DNA of 63,313 nucleotides, the filler included, from Candidatus Fermentibacterota bacterium (GTDB taxonomy: Bacteria > JAFGKV01): the NCBI GenBank assembly GCA_016928395.1. It is 7 parts of 7 records of this genome, joined end to end, with 100 filler letters (N's around TTAATTAATTAA, not from the genome) between each part and the next. Parts side by side here need not be neighbours in the genome. Positions count along the whole stretch, not along the records: positions 18,367 to 44,837 come from JAFGKV010000028.1; 6 more parts are not named here. One strand, written 5' to 3'. The first letter of the stretch is position 1; every line of letters begins with the position of its first letter. Below are positions 18,453 through 28,669 of this stretch, in pieces. Made by a program: the position numbers and the translations under genes. The notes beneath the pieces are model-generated. The model was not told where the DNA came from, searched no databases, and saw only the letters and a program-made list of their open reading frames with translations.

Positions 18453-19769
18453 GTGAGGAGGACCGCCGGCATCTGGGTGCTCATCGCGCTGTTCGTGGTC
18501 CTCAGAGGCCTGTGGTGTGCGCTGATCATTCCGCCATGGCAGGGGCCGGATGAGCCGATGCACTTTGTCTTGGCGGTATCGTCGGTCGCGGGGCGGATGA
18601 GTGAGGAAGACCGGGTCCACATGGAGAGTGAAGTCATCCGCTCCATGGCCCGGCACAGGTTCTGGGAGCTCACCGGCCAGATCGAGCCGGATCCTCTCCC
18701 AATGATTATCCGGTCTTCGGCCCACATACCCGCGCCGACCTTGTACCATAGGCTGCTGGGCGTCTGGCTTACAGCGGCGGGAGCCCCGCCGCTGGATGGG
18801 GAATGGCCGGGCGCTACGAATGTCGGGTCCCTTCTCAGGGCAGGCAGACTCATGTCAGTGGCTCTCCACGGGGCGGCCGTGGTCATGCTGGGCACGGCCG
18901 CCGCCCTCGTGTCGGGATCGATGTCGTTGGCCGTTCTGACGGCGCTTCTGTGTGCAGCCCACCCTCAGTTGACCTTCATAGGGGCATGCCTGAACTCCGA
19001 CAATCTTGTGGTACTTCTCGCGGGCATGGCGGTGTTCTTCATCTGCCGCATGGTCCGCTCTCCGACCAACAGGGTCAGGGGTGCGCTGCTTCTGCTGTGC
19101 CTTGTGGCGCCAATAGCCAAACGATCCGGCATCGCGCTTACGGTGACCGTCCTGCCTACGGTCCTGTTTCCAGCGCTTCGTCGCCGTCGCCACGCGCTGA
19201 GGGCAGTGGCGGTGGGGGCGGGAGTCGTTCTGGTTGCCGTGGGCGGTCTATGGCTCTTGGGGATGGGGCGCAGCATGGTGATAGATATGCGCGAAGTACT
19301 GGGTGTCGGTGGGTTTGTCGGTGACAGGCCGCCTGGGTGGTGGCAGACCTACGCAGCGCATTTCTGGGAGACATTCTGGGGATCGTATGGCTGGGTGCAG
19401 TGTCCTCTACCGGGTTGGTGGTTGCGCGCCATAGGGATCTGCGCGGCAACAACCCTTGTCATGGTGCCCGCAGGTGTCCGACGGCTGGCGAAAGCCCAAG
19501 GGCTCTGGGTCGTGCTGGCAGTCTGTGCGGCACAGGTGGCGCTGGCCGTTGCTCAAGTTGCCGTGGCCCAGGGCATGCGCGTGGAACTGGGGCAAGGCCG
19601 GCATGCCTTTGTGGGCCTGCCAGGGCTGTGTTTGCTTCTGGCCGTGGGGGTGCGGGGGCTGCTCCCGGTTCGGTGGGGGCCCAGGGCGCTGGTCGCCGTG
19701 GGCATCGCCGCAGTGGTGCTGAGCGAAGCGGCCCTCTGGTGTGTTGCGGTTCCATGCTTCCTGCGGTAG
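18453..19769 (+). CDS. DUF2142/GT-C-like polytopic membrane glycosyltransferase
   Basis: PPWQGPDEPMH after the first TM, P.LYH, NSDNL, FWGSYGW, QGRH; many TMs; RBS AAGGAGG. Confidence 0.75.
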   Translation: MRRTAGIWVLIALFVVLRGLWCALIIPPWQGPDEPMHFVLAVSSVAGRMSEEDRVHMESEVIRSMARHRFWELTGQIEPDPLPMIIRSSAHIPAPTLYHRLLGVWLTAAGAPPLDGEWPGATNVGSLLRAGRLMSVALHGAAVVMLGTAAALVSGSMSLAVLTALLCAAHPQLTFIGACLNSDNLVVLLAGMAVFFICRMVRSPTNRVRGALLLLCLVAPIAKRSGIALTVTVLPTVLFPALRRRRHALRAVAVGAGVVLVAVGGLWLLGMGRSMVIDMREVLGVGGFVGDRPPGWWQTYAAHFWETFWGSYGWVQCPLPGWWLRAIGICAATTLVMVPAGVRRLAKAQGLWVVLAVCAAQVALAVAQVAVAQGMRVELGQGRHAFVGLPGLCLLLAVGVRGLLPVRWGPRALVAVGIAAVVLSEAALWCVAVPCFLR

Positions 19770-21331
19770 CTCTGGCTCTGGCCGTGCAGGCCGTCTGCGG
19801 GTTCGGAATATGCAGGATCGTGACCGACGCCACGTTGATTCCCGGCGCCAATGAGATCCAGGGGATCGGCCCTCACTACCGGGTAACCCAGACCTTCACT
19901 CCCCCCCAGGAGCCCATCGCAGGGGTCGAACTCATGGTGTCGCGGCATCCCAAGACCCGTCCGTTGGACATAATGATCCGGGTGGCCGAAGGGGACCGGG
20001 AACTGGGGTGCGGCCTCCTGCCCATACCGTCCGGCGCGGTCATGCCGGTGCGTCTCGCGTTTCCTGCGACAGCGGCGGGCGGAAAGGTGACCATCGAAGC
20101 ATGGGCTCCCCAGGGGTGTCCCGGCCACACCGCAGGCATACAGTTCTACCCGGTGGATCATTACCACGGCGGCCAGTTGGCAGTAGGAGGCCGGCCGGTG
20201 ACGGGTGATGCCGTCTTCAGGGTGCTGGCCCCGGATTCCAGCCGCTTTGTACTCCAGCCGGGGTTAGACTTCTCCATGGCGCCGGGACGATTCCCCAGTG
20301 AGGACCTCGGTGATGCCGGCTTTCTGGCCCAGGAGTTCGTCGTGCCGATGGACAGTCTGGCGGGGATCGTTTTTGTGGCGGGCACCGGGGGCGCAACGGT
20401 GGGGCCCCCGCTGCGGTGGGAGCTTCTCTTGAATAGCCGAATGGTCCGCGAAGGCAGGGTGGAGGCGATTCGAGACAATGCACCCATCATCATTGATTTT
20501 CCGCCATTGCTGGTCGCCGAGGGGCTGCCGCTTACGCTTCGGCTCACCCCGTTGAGGCCAGGTGAAGTGCGCGTGTGGTTGTGCGGGCGGATGCCAGGTA
20601 CCAGCATCCTGACCACGGGCGACCGGACTGGCGCCGGATCCTTGGCGCTGACCACGCTGCACCTGGCCCGGCGCGCGGATTCGCTGCGGGTCGTGTTGGC
20701 GGCGGACACCCCTCTCCTGCCGGAGCCTGGTCTCCTCCTCGTGGGATCATGCGTATTGACACAGAGCTTCTTGTGGCCAAGGGAGTCAACGGCGGGCGAC
20801 CTGATAGGGCTGCGTCTTGCGCAGGGCGAATGGACCGCTCCCGGATGCCTGGCCTACCAGGTGCGGGACGATGAGCGGGGCGAAGTGGTGTATCAGGATA
20901 GCGTCGGGCTGGCAGGAAGGGGCTCCGATGACTATCTGTGGCTTCGCCTTGGTGGGCCGCACCAGGGGCGGAGGCTCTCGGTGTCTGTTACGGGGAGCGG
21001 CGCCACGACGGATGCCGCGCCACGGTTCTGGTGGATGCCGTCGGATGTCTACGGCGAAGGAGAGGCACGCGGATGCGTGCCGAGACCCGGCGGCGATTGC
21101 GTGTTCCGATTGGCAACACGACACGCGGCAGGAGACTGGCTAAGGGAGTTGCCGCGGGTGGCGGGGACCACGGTGCCAGGGAGGGAGACGGCCCTCGTGT
21201 GGCTTCTGGGGGCCCGGCTGGGTCTGATGGTCATGGGTACCCTGGTGCTCGTGGCCCACCGGATTACGAAGGGGACCTTATCCTCACGGGCCACCCCTTT
21301 GCCAACGAGGATGGCGGGTTCGGGGCAATGA
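19754..21331 (+). CDS. Exported/membrane-anchored protein with three Q-x-F beta modules (paralog 1)
   Basis: N-terminal hydrophobic stretch, C-terminal TM; colinear similarity to the next gene. Confidence 0.75.
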   Translation: MLPAVALALAVQAVCGFGICRIVTDATLIPGANEIQGIGPHYRVTQTFTPPQEPIAGVELMVSRHPKTRPLDIMIRVAEGDRELGCGLLPIPSGAVMPVRLAFPATAAGGKVTIEAWAPQGCPGHTAGIQFYPVDHYHGGQLAVGGRPVTGDAVFRVLAPDSSRFVLQPGLDFSMAPGRFPSEDLGDAGFLAQEFVVPMDSLAGIVFVAGTGGATVGPPLRWELLLNSRMVREGRVEAIRDNAPIIIDFPPLLVAEGLPLTLRLTPLRPGEVRVWLCGRMPGTSILTTGDRTGAGSLALTTLHLARRADSLRVVLAADTPLLPEPGLLLVGSCVLTQSFLWPRESTAGDLIGLRLAQGEWTAPGCLAYQVRDDERGEVVYQDSVGLAGRGSDDYLWLRLGGPHQGRRLSVSVTGSGATTDAAPRFWWMPSDVYGEGEARGCVPRPGGDCVFRLATRHAAGDWLRELPRVAGTTVPGRETALVWLLGARLGLMVMGTLVLVAHRITKGTLSSRATPLPTRMAGSGQ

Positions 21332-22914
21332 GGTGCCGACGTTCTAGAACCGGGCCGAGGTGCCCCGGCATGCGGCGGTACGGTCTTGCGGGGGTCATCT
21401 GGATGTTGTCCGTGGGCGACGGCGGTGCGGAATGCTCGATCTGGCGTATCGTTGTCGACGGTGCGATGGTGCCTGCAGCCTATGAGATTCAGGAAGCAGG
21501 ACCACTGCGCCGTGTTGTGCAAACCTTCACCCCTCCGCAGGAACCCATCGGGGGGGTTGAGCTGTTCGTGTCGCGTTATCCCAGAGATGAGCCTCTCGAC
21601 CTGGCGATTCGGGTGACGCACGGAGAACAGGAACTCGGTTTCGGTCTCATTCCCATACCGTCCGGCGAGCCCATACCGGTGCGTCTCATATTTCCCCCGG
21701 TGGAACTCAGTGAAAGGGTCGCCATTGAGGCATGGGCTCCCCAGGGGCGGCCCGGCTGGAATGCCGCGATCCAGTTCTACCCGGTTGACCACTACTCGGG
21801 CGGCGAACTCTCTGTTGCCGGGAGACCTGTGGTGGGCGATGCAACATTTCGGGTACTCACGCCCGACTCCAGCCGGTTCGGACTGGTACCGGGGTTGGAT
21901 CTCTCATCCGTGCCAGGGAGGTTTCCCAGCCAGAGGCTCTCATCCTCCGGCAGCCTTGTTCAGGAGTTCATCGTCCCGCTGGACAGCCTGGCGGGAGTCG
22001 AATTCCTGGCGGGCACTGGAGGCGTGGCACTGGGGCCGCCGCTGGCATGGGAACTGATGCGGGACGGTATCACCATTCATCGCGGAACCATCGAGGCCAC
22101 CTTTGACAATGTGCCGGTCAGGCTATGCTTTCCCCCTGTGCTGGAGGCCAAAGACGCTACCTTCGCGCTGCGGCTCTCCTTGGTGGGCGCTGGCGAACTA
22201 CGGCTATGGCTCTGCGGCCGAGGGATTGGCACGGGCCCGTTGACTGTGTGCGACCGTCTGGTGGATGGATCCCTGGTCTTGACCTCGCTCCATCTGAACG
22301 AACGAACCGACTCATTGAGAGTGGCGCTGGCCGCGGACGTGCCGCCATCGCCTGAGCCCGGGCTCCTTCTTGCTGGTTCCTGCGTGCTGACGCAGAGCTT
22401 TCTGTGGCCCCGAGAACCCGGGGACTTCGACCACATCGGGCTGCGCTTGGCCCTGGGTGAAGGTATGGTCGTTGGCTCACTGGTCTATGCAGTACGGGAT
22501 GAACTGAGCGGAGGCGAAGTGCACCGGGACACCGTCGAGGTGGGCGGCAGGGGCAGGGATGACTATGTGTGGTTTTCCTTGGGCACGGCTCCTCGGGGCC
22601 GGAGGCTTTCGGTATCAGTATCCGGAGACGGGGCAAAGGCAGAGACAGCGGGGCGGTTCTGGTGGATGCCGGCCGATGTGTACGGCGAGGGGGAGGCAAT
22701 CGGTTGCGTGGCGAGGGCGGGTGGGGACTGCGTCTTCAGATTGGCGGAAGGCACTTCGCTGACGCGGTGGGCTCTCGAGTTTCCACGGCTGTCCACCCAG
22801 TTGGCGCCGGCCATTTCTGCTCCCGCATTGACAGGGTTGCTGTATGTCCGCCTGGCGCTGGTCGGCGTCCTCGGGCTGGCGGTATGCGTGGGCCGTCGCG
22901 TCAATGAGGAGTGA
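21328..22914 (+). CDS. Exported/membrane-anchored protein (paralog 2)
   Basis: ATGA overlap; shares QTFTPPQEPI, IQFYPVDHY.GG, EPGLLL.GSCVLTQSFLWPRE, FWWMP.DVYGEGEA with paralog 1. Confidence 0.75.
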   Translation: MRCRRSRTGPRCPGMRRYGLAGVIWMLSVGDGGAECSIWRIVVDGAMVPAAYEIQEAGPLRRVVQTFTPPQEPIGGVELFVSRYPRDEPLDLAIRVTHGEQELGFGLIPIPSGEPIPVRLIFPPVELSERVAIEAWAPQGRPGWNAAIQFYPVDHYSGGELSVAGRPVVGDATFRVLTPDSSRFGLVPGLDLSSVPGRFPSQRLSSSGSLVQEFIVPLDSLAGVEFLAGTGGVALGPPLAWELMRDGITIHRGTIEATFDNVPVRLCFPPVLEAKDATFALRLSLVGAGELRLWLCGRGIGTGPLTVCDRLVDGSLVLTSLHLNERTDSLRVALAADVPPSPEPGLLLAGSCVLTQSFLWPREPGDFDHIGLRLALGEGMVVGSLVYAVRDELSGGEVHRDTVEVGGRGRDDYVWFSLGTAPRGRRLSVSVSGDGAKAETAGRFWWMPADVYGEGEAIGCVARAGGDCVFRLAEGTSLTRWALEFPRLSTQLAPAISAPALTGLLYVRLALVGVLGLAVCVGRRVNEE

Positions 22915-23294
22915 GACACGGGATGCGGCTCGTCAGATCCGGGGTGGACCTGGCAGCGTATGGGCTACCAGGTCGAGGCGTAGTGCCGCCGTGTGGCTGT
23001 GGTGCACCGCGTTGGCTTGGAACTGGAACTCCTTGGCAGGGCGAGGGTTATCGTCGTGACAGCCCGCAGGGAAGAAGCATGGCCCACGGGCGTTGCCCGG
23101 GATGGCATCGCCTCTCTTCTGACCACGTCTACATGGCCCGCTGCCGGGAAATCAGTGGTGGACATTGACAACGGCATCGGAGATTAGTACATAGCGGTGC
23201 TTGTGTCTTGAGCTATCCCCGAGGGGAGTGCCCCTCAAGAAGTCCTGCTGTCGTGGGCCAAGATCAGACAGACTGCCCGCAAGGAGGTTGGGTC

Positions 23295-23795
23295 GTGAAA
23301 GGAAAACTGCTGCTGGTGTTCGTTGTTGCTGTTGCTGGCCTCGTGGTGGCATGTGGAGGTGGAGCAAAGCGCGTCACGCCGACGGCTCCTCCCGTACCCG
23401 AGGTCACGCCCGAGCCGGTGAGCCCTGTAGAGGTTCCGGTGGAGCCCCCGCAGGCGCAGCTGGCATTGATGCCCATCTACTTTGACTATGATCGTAGCGA
23501 TGTCAAAGCAAATCAGCGGGGCCCTCTGGCCGACAACGCCAAGGCAATCGAGGCGGATGGCGGGATCGCACGGGTGATCATCGAGGGTCACTGTGATGAG
23601 CGGGGCACCAACGAATACAACATGGCCTTGGGCCAGCGTCGTGCGGACAGCGTGAAGAACTACTTTGTGAACTACGGCATTCCCAAGACCAAGCTTTCGA
23701 CGGTGAGCTACGGTGAAGACCGCCCCGTGGATCCGGGCCATACCGAGGAAGCCTGGGCACGGAATCGCAGAGCCGAGTTCATCATCCAGAAGTAG
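23295..23795 (+). CDS. pal: Peptidoglycan-associated lipoprotein Pal
   Basis: Lipobox VVAC; IYFDYD, IEGHCDERGTNEYNMALGQRRA, SYGEDRP, NRRAEF. Confidence 0.96.
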   Translation: MKGKLLLVFVVAVAGLVVACGGGAKRVTPTAPPVPEVTPEPVSPVEVPVEPPQAQLALMPIYFDYDRSDVKANQRGPLADNAKAIEADGGIARVIIEGHCDERGTNEYNMALGQRRADSVKNYFVNYGIPKTKLSTVSYGEDRPVDPGHTEEAWARNRRAEFIIQK

Positions 23796-23863
23796 TCGTC
23801 GCCTTTGTACGACCTCCCCGGCCGGTGGGGATGGGGAGATTGGGGGTTAATGGAGTGATCAAC

Positions 23864-24577
23864 ATGCGTGCCTTGGTCCTTTCTATGGTGGTCTTCGTCG
23901 GAGGATGCGGCGGCAGCGCCCAATTCCAGGGGCACCTGGCGGCGCTGGAAGCTCGGGTAGTGTCCCTGGAAAAGTCGTTTGCTGCGCTGGAGAAGCGCAC
24001 TGCAGGAGACGATGTGAGACAACAGAGCGCCGATGTGCGTCTGGCGCTGGCGACCATGGACGAGATGAGTGCCCGCGTGCAGTCCATGACCCAGGACCTC
24101 GAGCAACGCCACCGGGATGTCGCAGTCTTGCTTGACGACCTCACGAGCCGTGTGATGAAGCTGGAGAGCGCCTCCGCCGAGAGTGCCGGCCCGCGAGTGG
24201 ACGCATCGGCCAAAGAGATGTTCGACAGGGCCCGAACTGATCTGGATGCCGGCAGGACAGAGCTGGCTGCCATGGGATTTCGTTCCTTCATTGAACAGTA
24301 CCCAGGAAGCTCTTTGGCCGCCGATGCGCAGTTCTTGATCGGTGAGACGTTCTATGTTCGTGATCAGTTTGAAGATGCTCGGATAGAATACCAGAAGGTA
24401 GTTGACCAGTATCCGTCCGGCACGAAGCGCCCGTTGGCCATGCTTCGTGCCGGAATCTGTCTTGCCAATACGGGGAGATCCGACCAGGCCGCGGCGACTC
24501 TTCGGCGTCTCATCGAGACCTACCCCGGCACCAATGAGGCCGCTGCGGCACGGGAGCGACTGGCGGATTTCCAGTAA
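23864..24577 (+). CDS. cpoB: Tol-Pal system protein CpoB/YbgF
   Basis: Lipobox-like VGGC, coiled coil, TPR-like YP.S repeats, adjacent to pal. Confidence 0.88.
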   Translation: MRALVLSMVVFVGGCGGSAQFQGHLAALEARVVSLEKSFAALEKRTAGDDVRQQSADVRLALATMDEMSARVQSMTQDLEQRHRDVAVLLDDLTSRVMKLESASAESAGPRVDASAKEMFDRARTDLDAGRTELAAMGFRSFIEQYPGSSLAADAQFLIGETFYVRDQFEDARIEYQKVVDQYPSGTKRPLAMLRAGICLANTGRSDQAAATLRRLIETYPGTNEAAAARERLADFQ

Positions 24578-24635
24578 TCGCGCTGCGTATTCCTCTCCTC
24601 CCATGCCGGTGCCCGGGACGTCGGAGTAATTGAGT

Positions 24636-25319
24636 ATGCCTGTGTCCATGATGGAGGGCGCAGTCCGCATGGTCGCGGACTGCGACGGCGTAGCCAAAGC
24701 CATCTTGCTTGTGCTTTTCGTCATGTCCATCATCTCGTGGGCCGTGATCATCGAGCGGACGGCCACTTTTCGACAGAACCAGAAGAACGTCGATACCTTT
24801 CTTAAGGCCTTCCGTTCCTATTCTCGCCTGTCACATCTTCTTGTCTATCAGAGCCATTCGGTCGGCGGGGCCATCTCCCGGGTGTTCGAGGAAGGATGCT
24901 CGGAGATTCCTTATTTGGTGCAGAAAGACATTCATCCCACGGCGATTTCAGACGAGCACCTCCACCGCATTCGCAGCGCCCTGGATAGACGGATTGGCGT
25001 GGAGATAGCCAACCTGGAGCGCAATCTGTTCTTTCTGGCGACCACCAGCACCGCGGGGCCGTCGCTGGGGTTTTTCGGCACGGTGTGGGGGATCCAGAAC
25101 TCCTTCATGATGATGGGTTACAGCCGTACTACTGACATCCTCGTGATCGGTCCCGGCATTGCCATGGCACTGGTGACCACCGTGGCGGGTCTTCTCGCCG
25201 CGATCCCCGCGCTGGCGGCGTACAACTACCTTATCAACAGAGTAAAGAACTTCGATATCGAGCTCAACAACTTCGCATCGGAATTCCTTGACACGCTGGC
25301 GAAGGGCTCGAAGATATGA
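24636..25319 (+). CDS. tolQ: TolQ/ExbB proton channel
   Basis: SIISWAVI, LGFFGTVWGI, PGIAMALVTTVAGL. Confidence 0.9.
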   Translation: MPVSMMEGAVRMVADCDGVAKAILLVLFVMSIISWAVIIERTATFRQNQKNVDTFLKAFRSYSRLSHLLVYQSHSVGGAISRVFEEGCSEIPYLVQKDIHPTAISDEHLHRIRSALDRRIGVEIANLERNLFFLATTSTAGPSLGFFGTVWGIQNSFMMMGYSRTTDILVIGPGIAMALVTTVAGLLAAIPALAAYNYLINRVKNFDIELNNFASEFLDTLAKGSKI

Positions 25320-25708
25320 AACAGCTACGGTACAACGCCATTGCAGAGATGAATATGACTTCAATGGTGGACGTGATATCAATCATTTTGATAATGTACA
25401 TGATTGCTGCTCCTGCAATGCAAAGTGGTCTTGAAATTCAACTTCCGAAGGCGCATGCAAGAGAAGTTGATGTTGAGAGTGGTATCGTAATAACCCTGAC
25501 AGCCGAGGGCAAGGTGTTCTTGGGCGAGCTGGAGATTCAGCCGTCGATGATCGAGGACGCGCTCACACGCATCCGCCAGGCTGGCCGGGAGCGACCCGTG
25601 TTCATCAGGGCAGACCAGAATCTGGCCTACGGCAGGGTCTTGGACGTTATCTCCCATGTGAAGACCGCGGGAGTCTACAATGTGGGGCTGGTTACCGAGG
25701 CTGGGTAA
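25316..25708 (+). CDS. tolR: TolR/ExbD
   Basis: EMNMTSMVDV TM motif, IRAD, VGLVTE. Confidence 0.9.
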   Translation: MKQLRYNAIAEMNMTSMVDVISIILIMYMIAAPAMQSGLEIQLPKAHAREVDVESGIVITLTAEGKVFLGELEIQPSMIEDALTRIRQAGRERPVFIRADQNLAYGRVLDVISHVKTAGVYNVGLVTEAG

Positions 25709-25760
25709 GCGGATTGCCCGCGCGAGCGCCGATACGCGGCGTGGACCCGGGCGGCGCCTC

Positions 25761-26363
25761 GTGTGTGAGCGTCTTCCCCTGGGGGCGTTTGTCTTGGTGT
25801 CCCTTCTGGGGCACATGCTAGTGGTGGCGCTTGGCGTCAGGCTTGTCTCTCCGGCCCGAGCTACGCCGGCGGCCCCCGAGTTTGTCGCAGTGGACATTGT
25901 GGAGCTTGAGCCCAAGGCAGCCACTGACCGCACGCGGGATGCGCCGTCGCCCAAAGCCGCGGCGCCAGAACCCGAGTGGAAGCCGGATCGGATCGAACAG
26001 GCGGTCCCGCAGCCTGTCCAGACCACTGAGAGCGACATTCGCGATGGCAAGAAGAGCACTGTTGAGCTGGACACGGACTTTCCATTTCTTTACTATCTCA
26101 CCATGGTCCGTAACAAGATCTCATCAAACTGGCTTCCTCCCCGGGCTTCCAGCAGTGCGGGCACCATTCGCACCAAGCTGCACTTCGTGATTCAGCGGGG
26201 CGGCCAAGTGACGAGAGTTGTCGTGGAGGAGACCTCGGGCGTACCGTTCTTCGATCAGTCAGCTCTGCGGGCCGTCTATGCGTCGGACCCGTTGCCCCCG
26301 CTCCCTGAGGAGTTCTCGGATGCTGAATTGGGCGTGCATTTCTCCTTTGAGTTCCTCCACTAG
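25761..26363 (+). CDS. tolA: TolA/TonB C-terminal domain protein (start uncertain)
   Basis: SLLGH TM motif, Pro-rich linker, SG...FDQSALRAV...PLPPLP. Confidence 0.8.
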   Translation: MCERLPLGAFVLVSLLGHMLVVALGVRLVSPARATPAAPEFVAVDIVELEPKAATDRTRDAPSPKAAAPEPEWKPDRIEQAVPQPVQTTESDIRDGKKSTVELDTDFPFLYYLTMVRNKISSNWLPPRASSSAGTIRTKLHFVIQRGGQVTRVVVEETSGVPFFDQSALRAVYASDPLPPLPEEFSDAELGVHFSFEFLH

Positions 26364-26385
26364 ACTCCCGCGTCTCTCCGCGGGA

Positions 26386-27639
26386 ATGATTTTGCTGGGT
26401 GTGTGCCTCGTCATGGCTGTGCCCGCCGAGGGGCAACGTGAAGTCGAAATGGGGATCCGAGAGACAGGTGCTCGTCGGATGGACATCATCCTCGGCGAGT
26501 TCCAAGATGAGCGGGTGATGGGGGAGGACCGCCCGGTATTCGACGTTATCAGGCAGGATTTGGAGCTGTCCGGCTACTTCAGAGTCTTGGACGGGCTCGA
26601 GCTGGTGCGAGATTGGCTTGACAGCACTGAGGTCAGGGCCAAGTGGGCCACTATCGGGGCAGATGCACTGCTGGAAGGGAAGGTTGAGCGTTCGGGAAAG
26701 GACTTCCGCCTCCATGCCTATCTATCTGATTTGGCCAGCGGTCGACTGGTTGCCCGCCGAACCATGGAGGGGCCCGACCCACGCCGGATCGCACACTCCG
26801 CGTCAGATGAAGTCGTGAAAGTGCTCACAGGGGAGCGCGGCATCGCGGCGACCCGGGTGGCATTCATCTTGGACCAGGGCACCCGTTCCGAACTGTGCAT
26901 CGCCGATTATGACGGCCACAATATGCGACAGTTGACGAACACGGGAGTCCTCAAGTTTGGGTCGGCATGGTCTCCCGATGATGATGTGATCGCGTTTTCC
27001 GCGTTGATCGATCCGAGTCCCGATCTGTTCTTCTGGTCGTTTCCCGAGAGCCGCATGAAGAGGATCACCAACTTCCCTGGGCTTGTCGCCGGTGCCTCAT
27101 GGAGCCGCGACGGAAAGAAGCTGGCTCTCACACTGACCAAAGACGGCGACTCAGAGATCTACATAATGAATCGTGATGGCAGCGGTCTTCGCCGGGTGAC
27201 CCGGCATCCCGCCATCGACTGCTCACCCTCCTGGGCGCCCAGCGGGCGTGAGATCGCCTTCACTTCGGATCGGTCGGGAAGCCCGCAGATCTACGTTACC
27301 GATCTCGACGGCACCGAGTTGCGGCGGTTGACGTTCTCGGGAGGGTACAATGAATCAGCGGCGTGGTCGCCAAGGGGTGACCGCATCGCCTATGTCGCCA
27401 AGGAGGCCGGCTTCTTCGATGTGTGGGTCATTGATCCCATGGGGCGTCACCGGAGACGAATCACTTTTAAGGGGACGAGCAACGAAGATCCCGCCTGGGC
27501 GCCGGATGGCCGACATCTGATCTACGTAAGCACCCGCCGGTACCAGAAGGAACTGGTACTCACGGACGTTGGGGGCCGGATCGAGCACGTGCTCCCGCTG
27601 GGCCGAGGCGACAAGGAAGAGCCGAGCTGGTCGCCGTAG
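26386..27639 (+). CDS. tolB: TolB
   Basis: DLELSGYF N-domain, TGERGIA.TRVAF, WSP(D)G PD40 repeats. Confidence 0.93.
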   Translation: MILLGVCLVMAVPAEGQREVEMGIRETGARRMDIILGEFQDERVMGEDRPVFDVIRQDLELSGYFRVLDGLELVRDWLDSTEVRAKWATIGADALLEGKVERSGKDFRLHAYLSDLASGRLVARRTMEGPDPRRIAHSASDEVVKVLTGERGIAATRVAFILDQGTRSELCIADYDGHNMRQLTNTGVLKFGSAWSPDDDVIAFSALIDPSPDLFFWSFPESRMKRITNFPGLVAGASWSRDGKKLALTLTKDGDSEIYIMNRDGSGLRRVTRHPAIDCSPSWAPSGREIAFTSDRSGSPQIYVTDLDGTELRRLTFSGGYNESAAWSPRGDRIAYVAKEAGFFDVWVIDPMGRHRRRITFKGTSNEDPAWAPDGRHLIYVSTRRYQKELVLTDVGGRIEHVLPLGRGDKEEPSWSP

Positions 27640-27754
27640 CGGCGGTTCTCGGGTTCCGGTCGTGTGCACGCCCCGCGCTGCCCACCCACAGACGGCTCCC
27701 CGCGGACCGTGCGGCCCGTGAGTGCGGATGGGCCACAGGAAAAGGGGTGGCGCC

Positions 27755-28669
27755 GTGACCCTGCACCCCCCCCCTCGTGCCGTGGCGTCGGCCCTTGATC
27801 CGGATCTTCTGTCTCGCATCAGGAGCCTGAACCTCCGAGCCCGTCTCGCCGTGGAGGGATTCCTGACCGGGCTCCACCGGAGCCCGTATCACGGATTCAG
27901 TACCGAGTTCATGGATCATCGCGCGTATCAGTCGACAGATCCCCCACGGCTGGTGGACTGGAGGGTATTTGGTCGGACCGACAAGCTGTACGTGAAGAGA
28001 TACGCCGACGAGACCAACCTCCGGGCATATCTCTTGGTGGATTGCAGTGCGTCCATGGGCTATCGCGGAAGCGGCCCCATGACCAAGATGGAGTATGCCC
28101 GGTCCCTGGCGGCAAGTCTGGCATTGCTCCTGCTGAAGCAGCGGGATGCAGTGGGGTTGTGCCTCTTCGACGAGACTATTCGCTCATGGGTGAGGGCACG
28201 GACCGCGGCGGGACATATCGACACGCTTCTGGTGGAACTCCAGCGTCATGAGCCGCAGGGACACACCAGACCGCTGGATGTGTTTACGACCATGGCCGGC
28301 CGTCTTCCCCGCCGCGCCTTGGTGGTGCTCATATCCGACCTTCTGGTTCCCCTTGACACCCAAGTAAGGGCCCTTCGCAGCGTGGCGTCGGGGGGCCACG
28401 AACTGGTGGTCTTCCGGATCCTGGATTCTACTGAGCGCCATCTCCGATTTCCGGGCCCCGTGTCTCTCCGTGACATGGAGACAGGCCAGGAGGTCACCAC
28501 GCTGCCCTCGGCCGTGGGGGAGGCGTATGCGGCGGCCGTGGCTCAGTGGTGGCAGGTACTCTGCCGAGAGACCGAACGCTTCAGGGCTCAGCTTGTGGAT
28601 CTCGACACTGACGACAGCCTCGTGAATGCCTTCACCGCGTTTCTTTCTGCCCGCCAGCGTCTGCGATGA
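27755..28669 (+). CDS. DUF58 (vWA) protein
   Basis: GLHRSPYHGFSTEF..HR.Y, DWR, LLVDCSASM, ISDL. Confidence 0.93.
   Translation: MTLHPPPRAVASALDPDLLSRIRSLNLRARLAVEGFLTGLHRSPYHGFSTEFMDHRAYQSTDPPRLVDWRVFGRTDKLYVKRYADETNLRAYLLVDCSASMGYRGSGPMTKMEYARSLAASLALLLLKQRDAVGLCLFDETIRSWVRARTAAGHIDTLLVELQRHEPQGHTRPLDVFTTMAGRLPRRALVVLISDLLVPLDTQVRALRSVASGGHELVVFRILDSTERHLRFPGPVSLRDMETGQEVTTLPSAVGEAYAAAVAQWWQVLCRETERFRAQLVDLDTDDSLVNAFTAFLSARQRLR

Noticed and set aside
19337-19753. Long N-terminal extensions and antisense ORFs (e.g. 19337, 20938, 32294, 38487 starts; 8147-9454, 61275-62408 on -)
   Set aside because: GC-rich shadow frames that overlap well-supported genes and have no recognisable motifs.
23165-23193. 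TTGACA upstream of pal as a promoter
   Set aside because: No convincing -10 hexamer at 16-18 nt, so it was left uncalled.
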